This document shows positions 9,187-15,899 of a stretch of 26,205 nucleotides of DNA, in pieces. The notes beneath the pieces are model-generated. The model did not search any database. It was not told where the DNA came from and worked only from the letters and a program-made list of their open reading frames with translations. Position numbers and translations under genes: made by a program. Position 1 is the first letter of the stretch; every line of letters starts with the position of its first letter. This DNA is from Chlorobiota bacterium (GTDB lineage Bacteria > Bacteroidota > Ignavibacteria > Kapaibacteriales > NICIL-2). The stretch spans positions 1-26,205 of the forward strand of contig JBBIUD010000001.1 in assembly GCA_037440485.1 (NCBI GenBank). The letters are read 5' to 3'.

Positions 9187-10080
9187 CTATCGTACCTTGT
9201 GCACGTGGGGATCACTTTTTCGAGAACAAAGTTCTGCTTGTTGTTCTGGATCAGTCTCGGATTCATACTCTTGGAGTTTTTGCCGGAGGTCGTTGCAGAT
9301 CTGAGTGTGGATTTGGCAGATACGACTTTCGGTTAGTCCGAGAATTTCGCCGATTTCCTTGAATGTCAGCTCTTCGTAGTAATAGAGCGTGATGACTAAT
9401 CTTTTACGCTCTGGCAGCTTTTCAATGTAGTTGCGGACAAATTCGATTCGCTCTCGGTGGGCAAGGAGGGTAAAGGGATTTTCCGTGTCGTAGTCGGGAA
9501 TTTCTTCGACTGAATCGTGCTCGTTGCCATCATCGTCGTAATTGACTTCAGAATTCTGCAAGGAAAATGATGCCGTCGCTGCAGCCATAGCATTGAGGTA
9601 TGACTGGTATTCCTCTACCGAAATACCGAGTCGTGATTGAATTTCATCCGGAGATGCTTCTCTCCCCAGCTCGCTCCGGAGTTGATCACTGATTTCTGTG
9701 TATTCGTGGACTTTCCGCCGTGCAGTGCGTGAGAGCCAATCAAGCTTACGCATTTCATCGAGGATAATACCTCGCACGCGTGGTACTGCAAAGGTTTCGA
9801 ACTTTATGCCACGCTCCGGTTCAAAGCGCTCGATGGCATCGTGTAAACCGAGCAATCCAACGTGGAGAAAATCTTCCTCGTCGAGGAGTGCATGCGAGGG
9901 AATGTTCATGTTATAGAGCGTATAGCGCACAATCCAAGTGTAGTGGAGAAGGAGTTGGCGTTTGATTTCTTGTTTGCGCGCTTTCGATGTTCGTTTTGCA
10001 CGAAGCTCACTCCAAAGCTGATCAAGATTATTCTCTTTCGTTGCAGTTACTTCAGGTGTTAATGATTTAGCTGGTGCCAT
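9187..10080 (-). CDS. fliA: RNA polymerase sigma factor FliA/WhiG family (sigma28)
   Basis: Region 2 GLLGLHDAIERFEPERGIKFETFAVPRVRGIILDEMRKLDW, region 3 with REASPDEI, and region 4 LYYYEELTFKEIGEILGLTESRICQIH. Downstream of flhF. Confidence 0.93.
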   Translation of the reverse strand: MAPAKSLTPEVTATKENNLDQLWSELRAKRTSKARKQEIKRQLLLHYTWIVRYTLYNMNIPSHALLDEEDFLHVGLLGLHDAIERFEPERGIKFETFAVPRVRGIILDEMRKLDWLSRTARRKVHEYTEISDQLRSELGREASPDEIQSRLGISVEEYQSYLNAMAAATASFSLQNSEVNYDDDGNEHDSVEEIPDYDTENPFTLLAHRERIEFVRNYIEKLPERKRLVITLYYYEELTFKEIGEILGLTESRICQIHTQICNDLRQKLQEYESETDPEQQAELCSRKSDPHVHKVR

Positions 10081-10164
10081 AGCTATTCGTCCGTGGTAAA
10101 TTAGTTATCAATTGCCGTCAGTGCCTGAATTGAATAGAAAATTTGCATGGTGTCTTGTGGAAGG

Positions 10165-10536
10165 TTATCCAGACGGTACGCCCGCATTGTTCTGGTCAGA
10201 AATGTTGGCTGTTTGCGATGCGTCGTGTAGGTTCAATGATGCTGCTATTTGTTCTTCTTCAGCCAGGCGCAGTCGCTCGCTTAGTTCTTCCTGCTTGATA
10301 CGATGAATGATTGAGATTGCCACTGCCATGATAATACTGCCAGCTACCGCAAATGCAATAAAGATGAGCATTGCGCGGAGCATAATGCGATAAAGCTCAT
10401 CATCACCAGTGGCAATAGCAAATAGCACGCTCAATGCTGCAGCAAGAGTGCTGACATTGAAAACCAATCGCAGTGGCAGTTGAATAGCTCTTTCGAGCTG
10501 AGCGTCTTGAGCGGGTGACTGTTTACGTTTGCTCAT
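10165..10536 (-). CDS. Hypothetical membrane protein (two predicted TM helices, then a charged helix and a polar tail)
   Basis: 123 aa, 12 nt downstream of the flhF stop on the same strand. Hydrophobic runs LVFNVSTLAAALSVLFAIA and AMLIFIAFAVAGSIIMAVAISII. Confidence 0.75.
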   Translation of the reverse strand: MSKRKQSPAQDAQLERAIQLPLRLVFNVSTLAAALSVLFAIATGDDELYRIMLRAMLIFIAFAVAGSIIMAVAISIIHRIKQEELSERLRLAEEEQIAASLNLHDASQTANISDQNNAGVPSG

Positions 10537-10548
10537 CGCTGATGATCG

Positions 10549-11733
10549 CTACGCAGTCGTGAACATAGTGCGATGTTGTGTTGGTACCAAGAACCGAAGC
10601 AAATGGTCAACCGATGGTTCGGTAATGTCGTCGGGGAGTTGCGTGCCCGTAGTTAGGAGCGAGAGCGGAATACGCAATTCCCAAAACAGTGGAAGCAAAT
10701 GTCCGCATCGCGGAGACTCATCGAGCTTGGTCAATGCAATGCGGAAAGATGCATTACCGCTTGCACGCTGCAAAAGAGTTTTTGCGATTTCCGTATCACA
10801 CGAAGCAGGGAGCGTAAGAACAACAAGACCATTCGACCGTACAACGACATCAATGAGCATCTCCGAAAGTGGCGACGTTCTCTGCGATGGTGGAGGCAAG
10901 TCTACAAGCGTGATTGACTCTGGTGCTCGTGCTGGCAAGTTTGCAACGTGATCGCGCGTGCGGATAATCTCAAGCGGCATTTGCACGAGTGCAGAAAACG
11001 ATCGAATTTGTTCAACAGCAGCAATGCGCTCGGTGTCGGCTGTGACAAGTCGCATTGTTTTTTCAGGATATGCACGGTGGAGGAGTATGGCAGCTTTCAT
11101 CAGCGTTGTTGTTTTTCCGCTACCACTTGGACCTGCGAAAGCTATCAACGTCGGTGGTCCCTCCACTATGAAACGACGTGTCGGTAGAAGCTCAACCAGG
11201 ATGCTGTGCAATCGCTGAATGCACTCGTCAAGATCGTAAGCCGGCTGATCACCGGCAATGCGCGAAATCAAATAACCCGCATGGTGATCACTAAACCCTG
11301 CGTCGCGGAGTAGTTGATACATTGTCCGATATGGATCGGGTAGAATCGCACTGTATCGGTAGGCAACTGCATGCGTGAGTGCAGTTAGCTTAGCCGACAA
11401 TTGATGAATCTCTTCCTGCAGTGCAAGTATTGTGGAATCGCTTGTAGGGTGGGGCGATTGCTCAAGGTAATATCGCAGCGGAACCGGTTCAGCTTGATGC
11501 TGAGTCGGGCGAGTCCGTGGAAATGTTGGTGCGCCCGCAGCAGTGGCGATTGTGCTGCTGTGATCACTGCGGACGCCTGTGGACATACCGACAACCTCGG
11601 CATAGGGTGAACCGTTGCTATCAATACCTGAGTTCGTTGCCAGAAGCAGTGCATCCTCGCCAAGCTCTTGTCGCATTGCATCGAGTGCCTGGCGCAGCGT
11701 CGGTGCGATAAATTTTTTTGTTCGCGACATCAT
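10549..11733 (-). CDS. flhF: Flagellar biosynthesis SRP-type GTPase FlhF (divergent)
   Basis: N-terminal KKFIAPTLRQALDAMRQELGEDALLL, G1 GPSGSGKTTT, DTERIAAVEQI, G4 TKLDE and GTQLPDDI. G3 reads DLPP instead of DTAG. Start set at ATG 11733 (or 11730), with GGAGG 10 nt upstream. Confidence 0.88.
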   Translation of the reverse strand: MMSRTKKFIAPTLRQALDAMRQELGEDALLLATNSGIDSNGSPYAEVVGMSTGVRSDHSSTIATAAGAPTFPRTRPTQHQAEPVPLRYYLEQSPHPTSDSTILALQEEIHQLSAKLTALTHAVAYRYSAILPDPYRTMYQLLRDAGFSDHHAGYLISRIAGDQPAYDLDECIQRLHSILVELLPTRRFIVEGPPTLIAFAGPSGSGKTTTLMKAAILLHRAYPEKTMRLVTADTERIAAVEQIRSFSALVQMPLEIIRTRDHVANLPARAPESITLVDLPPPSQRTSPLSEMLIDVVVRSNGLVVLTLPASCDTEIAKTLLQRASGNASFRIALTKLDESPRCGHLLPLFWELRIPLSLLTTGTQLPDDITEPSVDHLLRFLVPTQHRTMFTTA

Positions 11734-11773
11734 TGGGTTTGTGCCTCCATGCAGTCTGTACACTATAGCTACC

Positions 11774-11789
11774 AGTAAAAACTGTGCCA
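11774..11789 (-). promoter_or_regulatory. Putative sigma54 (-24/-12) promoter for flhF-hyp-fliA
   Basis: Minus strand TGGCACAGTTTTTACT versus consensus TGGCACG-N4-TTGCW. Spacing is correct, but the conserved -13 G is A. It predicts a start near 11763, about 30 nt before the flhF ATG. Confidence 0.45.
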
Positions 11790-11964
11790 GCTCTGATTCA
11801 CACTGCCAGCCGATGCCTCGCCGTATATTGCATGTGTGATGTATTGGTGGTATTTTCCATCGCTACGTTCTTCGGTTTAGCGGTGAATCCCGAGCGCCTT
11901 CATCCCGTAACCCTGCAGTATTGTTCGGGCGTTCGACTTTACGCAACGATAATTCGATGATTCG

Positions 11965-13065
11965 ATGACCTCAGAACAGTCAGCCCCACTCGGGCAATTG
12001 TACATTGTTTCGACCCCTATCGGTAATCCCGACGACATTACCCTTCGTGCACTGGCGGTCCTTCAAACCGCCGATCTTGTGGTCTGCGAGGAGCGTGGGT
12101 ATGCACAAAAGCTACTCGGCTACTACGACATTGAGAAAGAATTGATCGAATTAAACGAACACAACGATGCCGACGCAACGATCGAATGTGTAAAGTTGCT
12201 CGGAGCAGGGAAAAAACTTGCGCTCATTAGCGATGCAGGAACACCTGTTCTTGCTGATCCGGGTGGACTTTTAGTTGCGGCTGCAATTCGCTATGGCTAC
12301 GCTGTGCATGTTATTCCTGGACCGTCGAGCATTACAGCCGCGCTGGTTCGATCCGGTCTCCCGACCGATCAATTTCTCTATGCTGGCTTCTTGAGTCGTA
12401 AAAAAGAGGAGCGGGAGAAACAAGCTCGCCTATTGGCTCTTGAACCACGAACGATTGTTGTGCTCGATACGCCGTATCGCCTCAATACGGTCTTGAGCAC
12501 GTTAGCAGATGTGATGCCTGAGCGACGAGCGTATATCGGTTGCAATTTGACCATGCCGAGTGAATCACACCATTACGGTAGCTTGACCGAACTGCGGGAT
12601 TACTTTGCCCAACACCGCTTCCGCGGAGAGTATGCGATTGTTATCGAAGGCAATCCCTCGGTGAAACAATGGTATGAACTGTTGAACGCTGCAACCTCAC
12701 ACCACATCGCCAATGGCGCTCAACTCCAGAAAGACGAGCACTCTCTGGCTGAGCAAAGCGATGCTGATGCGAAAGTCGGTAATGCTCAGAGCGAACGTTA
12801 CCACCAAGCACGCCAGCAATACGCGCACCGGTATCACGGGAATAATCGCCGGCGCTTCCGACCGCACTATCACAAACACCATTCGCACCAGCGTGAGGAG
12901 CGGCGTCCATCACTACCCAACACTCACGAAGGGAGTCGGTATGATTACGAGCAACCAATCATTAACTACACGCTGAGTAATCCATACCAGCAGCACAGTC
13001 ATCCCTCAAAAGAGCAGCGTTCGTTGCATCGGGTGCGCCGCCCCAAAAAGCGCTGGCGACGGTAG
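11965..13065 (+). CDS. rsmI: 16S rRNA (cytidine1402-2'-O)-methyltransferase RsmI with long C-terminal low-complexity extension
   Basis: LYIVSTPIGNPDDITLRAL, ALISDAGTPVLADPG, IPGPSSITAALV, FLYAGFL and GEYAIVIEG. About 137 further residues rich in H/R/Q follow. Confidence 0.95.
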   Translation: MTSEQSAPLGQLYIVSTPIGNPDDITLRALAVLQTADLVVCEERGYAQKLLGYYDIEKELIELNEHNDADATIECVKLLGAGKKLALISDAGTPVLADPGGLLVAAAIRYGYAVHVIPGPSSITAALVRSGLPTDQFLYAGFLSRKKEEREKQARLLALEPRTIVVLDTPYRLNTVLSTLADVMPERRAYIGCNLTMPSESHHYGSLTELRDYFAQHRFRGEYAIVIEGNPSVKQWYELLNAATSHHIANGAQLQKDEHSLAEQSDADAKVGNAQSERYHQARQQYAHRYHGNNRRRFRPHYHKHHSHQREERRPSLPNTHEGSRYDYEQPIINYTLSNPYQQHSHPSKEQRSLHRVRRPKKRWRR

Positions 13066-13084
13066 GGAGTCGGTACACAGCCAG

Positions 13085-13351
13085 CTATTGATCCTTTGAC
13101 CGATAAAGTAGCGCGATCGGGATAATCACAGCATATCCTACCACCAGGAGGATTGGTGATACAGTGACCGCAAAGGTATTATTCCACGCTTCCTGATGCT
13201 TTGCGGGATCATCGGTTATCGCAGTAAGCATCAGCAAATAAGCAACGGTGATGATTGCAATGCCAACTGCAAGCAGAATCAGATTCAATCGCGACAGTGG
13301 AAAATGCCACATAACCTTTGATGCAGATGCGTATCGCTGTTGCGCCGCCAT
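13085..13351 (-). CDS. Small two-TM membrane protein, DUF3098-like
   Basis: FPLSRLNLILLAVGIAIITVAYLLM...VTVSPILLVVGYAVIIPIALL resembles the DUF3098 pattern from memory. Start set at ATG 13351, which avoids crowding the divergent gene. Confidence 0.7.
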   Translation of the reverse strand: MAAQQRYASASKVMWHFPLSRLNLILLAVGIAIITVAYLLMLTAITDDPAKHQEAWNNTFAVTVSPILLVVGYAVIIPIALLYRSKDQ

Positions 13352-13470
13352 GGTGCTGAAAAATCGGTGAGACTCTTGATACAATGCAATATACAGCAGC
13401 GGACATGCATGCCAGAGAGGAATCCGGATTCATCGTAATTTGCATTCGAACACTTTTGCAGCGAGTGTCT

Positions 13471-15231
13471 ATGTATGCGTTCTGCCTCGTGGTTTGCTTT
13501 TTGGTTGCTATTGGCATGCAATCATGCCATAAGGCTGCCTATTCCACAGAGCAATACCATTACGACGGACCACCGGTAACGGGGGATGTTGTCTTTTTCC
13601 ACCTCCTGTCTGATCCGCAAGGGCTCAATCCCTACACATCCAACGACAACACCGCTTCGACACTTAATCGGCTCATCTTTGATGCCCTCCTGGAACAAAA
13701 CCCAGAAACGCTCGAGCTTGAACCAAGCATTGCACAGTCGCTGCCCGTTATATCCGACGACCACCTGCAGTACACACTTCGGTTGCGGCCGAACGTGTTT
13801 TTTTCCGATGGAATGCCGTTGACCGCTCGCGATGTTGTGTTCAGTTTCAAAGCAGTCAAGAATCCGTACATTCTCGAAGCATCCGCTTTGCGGAATTACT
13901 ATGACGACGTCGAAAATGTATCAGCGCCGGACGACACAACAGTTGTCATCACTATGCGCAAGCCCTATTTCTTGGCGCTTTACTTTTTAGGTGATCTGCG
14001 CATTCTTCCCAAGCATATTCTGGACCCTGAAGGACTCACCGATCGCTATACATTTGCTGAGCTGAACGATCCAACTGCTGCACAGCGCAACTCTGCAATA
14101 AAAAAATTTGCTGAGTGGTTCTCTCGAGCCGAATTGCGACGTGAACCTCAGTATTTGATCGGGTCTGGACCATACATCTTTCGGCAGTGGGATACGGGCA
14201 AACGTGTCGTTTTAGTCCGTAATAAGCAAGCCTGGAAGACTCCACTTTGGTGGCGCCGAGCCTATCCCGATGCTATTGTTGGCGTTGTGATCAATGACCG
14301 TACAGCGGCTCTTTCTGCATTGAAAACCGGAGAGGTGGATTTTATTGATGCGATCCCACCGGCGCTTTATGACGAACAGCTCGATACAGCGCGACTGGCG
14401 TATATCCGGAAAGGAAAGTACGAACAGTCTGTCTACACATACATTGGCTGGAACATGCGCAAACCACTTTTTCGCGATCGGCGTGTGCGGCAGGCGCTGT
14501 CGCATCTTGCCAATCGGGACTACTGGATAAGCACGATTGTGCGAGGTTATGCGCAACCAATCAACGGTCCGGTCTATCGCAATCGTCCCGAATACGACAC
14601 AACGCTTCCGGCGTACGATTTCAATCCTTCTCGTGCACTGGAGCTTCTCGCTCAAGCTGGCTGGAAAGACCGCAACGGCGACGGTATTCTCGACAACATC
14701 ATTGATGGCAAACTGACGAACTTTGAATTTGCACTCAGCTTCAATGCAGGCAATGAAACCCGCGAGAATATTGCAATTCTCTACTCGACGGAGCTTCGCA
14801 AATACGGCATTGTCTGCAATGTGCAAAAGCTTGAATGGTCAGTCTTCTTACGGCAACTCAGCGCTCAACAATTCGACGCGTATATCGGTGCGTGGGTCAA
14901 CGATAATATCCCAACCGATCCATACCAGCTCTGGCACTCATCCCAAGCAGATAATCGCGGATCGAATTACGTAGGATTTCGCAATCGCCGTGCTGATGAA
15001 CTCATCGAACGCAATCGGGTCGAGTTCGATCCCAACAAACGACTTCTGTTGATGCGAGAATTCCAGCGCATCGTCCACGAAGAAGCACCGTACACCTTTC
15101 TCTGGACGCCAGAGATACTGACAGCCTACAACAGGCGCTTGGCAAACGTTCGCTTTTATTCGGTTCGACCGCCGTATGTGATACCGAATTGGTTCGTGCC
15201 CCCACATCTGCAGCAACACGTTGTGCAATGA
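13471..15231 (+). CDS. ABC transporter substrate-binding lipoprotein, family 5 (OppA/AppA-like)
   Basis: Signal peptide with lipobox (GMQS-C) from ATG 13471. Contains LRPNVFFSDGMPLTARDVVFS, IGSGPY, YIGWN...PLFRDRRVRQAL and GSNYVGFRN. Confidence 0.9.
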   Translation: MYAFCLVVCFLVAIGMQSCHKAAYSTEQYHYDGPPVTGDVVFFHLLSDPQGLNPYTSNDNTASTLNRLIFDALLEQNPETLELEPSIAQSLPVISDDHLQYTLRLRPNVFFSDGMPLTARDVVFSFKAVKNPYILEASALRNYYDDVENVSAPDDTTVVITMRKPYFLALYFLGDLRILPKHILDPEGLTDRYTFAELNDPTAAQRNSAIKKFAEWFSRAELRREPQYLIGSGPYIFRQWDTGKRVVLVRNKQAWKTPLWWRRAYPDAIVGVVINDRTAALSALKTGEVDFIDAIPPALYDEQLDTARLAYIRKGKYEQSVYTYIGWNMRKPLFRDRRVRQALSHLANRDYWISTIVRGYAQPINGPVYRNRPEYDTTLPAYDFNPSRALELLAQAGWKDRNGDGILDNIIDGKLTNFEFALSFNAGNETRENIAILYSTELRKYGIVCNVQKLEWSVFLRQLSAQQFDAYIGAWVNDNIPTDPYQLWHSSQADNRGSNYVGFRNRRADELIERNRVEFDPNKRLLLMREFQRIVHEEAPYTFLWTPEILTAYNRRLANVRFYSVRPPYVIPNWFVPPHLQQHVVQ

Positions 15232-15899
15232 ATCGCCACCGTCTGCGCCAGTTGATTAGCGAAGGAGAAGGTGTGAGCCTCGAGTTTAAGCGACGTTTTA
15301 CTTCTCCGGAAAAGATTGCCAAAGAAATCTGTGCGTTCGCCAACACGCACGGTGGGTATCTGCTTTTCGGTGTAGATGACGACGGGACGATCGTCGGCGT
15401 CGAAAGCGAAAAGGAACAGATCGAATTGGTGCAACATGCTGCGGAATTCTGTATCAAACCGCCTGTGCCTGTTCAGATTGAAGTCGTCGAGATCGAATGG
15501 AAAGATGTTGTGGTTGTTCGTGTGGAGTCAAGCAGTGAGCGACCGCATGCTGTTGTCGGTGCCGATGGTCGAGATAATCGGCGGGGTATCGTGTACGTTC
15601 GCAGCCGTGCCGAATCCGTTCAAGCAAGCCATGAGATGGTGCGGCTGATGCGCGAGCAACGTCCCGATGCTCGTCCACTGCTTCTCTACATTGGTGATCG
15701 AGAGCGCAGACTCTTTGCATACCTCGAAGAGCATCAGCGTATCACGGTCGCCGAATTTGCTCGGTTAGTCAACATCTCGCGCCGTCGCGCATTGCAACTG
15801 CTGATTCGCTTGGTCCGCGCTCAAGTTCTTATCCTGCACACCGACGCACCGACCAACTACTTCACGCTTGTTGATGATGGAATTGCACATCAGCCTTGA
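15228..15899 (+). CDS. AlbA_2 (Schlafen-like) domain protein with C-terminal winged helix-turn-helix
   Basis: ATG overlaps the upstream stop (ATGA). Contains EGEGVSLEFK, ICAFANTHGGYLLFGVDDDG and VYVRSRAESVQA, then the wHTH-like LFAYLEEHQRITVAEFARLVNISRRRALQLLIRLV. Confidence 0.87.
   Translation: MNRHRLRQLISEGEGVSLEFKRRFTSPEKIAKEICAFANTHGGYLLFGVDDDGTIVGVESEKEQIELVQHAAEFCIKPPVPVQIEVVEIEWKDVVVVRVESSSERPHAVVGADGRDNRRGIVYVRSRAESVQASHEMVRLMREQRPDARPLLLYIGDRERRLFAYLEEHQRITVAEFARLVNISRRRALQLLIRLVRAQVLILHTDAPTNYFTLVDDGIAHQP

Noticed and set aside
10081-10164. Possible sigma28 autoregulatory promoter before fliA (ATTGATAA)
   Set aside because: The -10 is a weak match and there is no TAAA at the 15-nt spacing.
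11850-11920. Hairpin with CTAAACC...TAGCG on the minus strand upstream of flhF, resembling part of a c-di-GMP-I riboswitch
   Set aside because: The GCAAA/GAAA/GACGCAAAG P2 core is missing, and the element lies upstream of the predicted sigma54 start.
14212-14826. 204-aa antisense ORF within the OppA-like gene, and the many other 60-150 aa overlapping ORFs in the track
   Set aside because: No motifs or independent start signals. Expected as shadow frames of real genes at this GC content.
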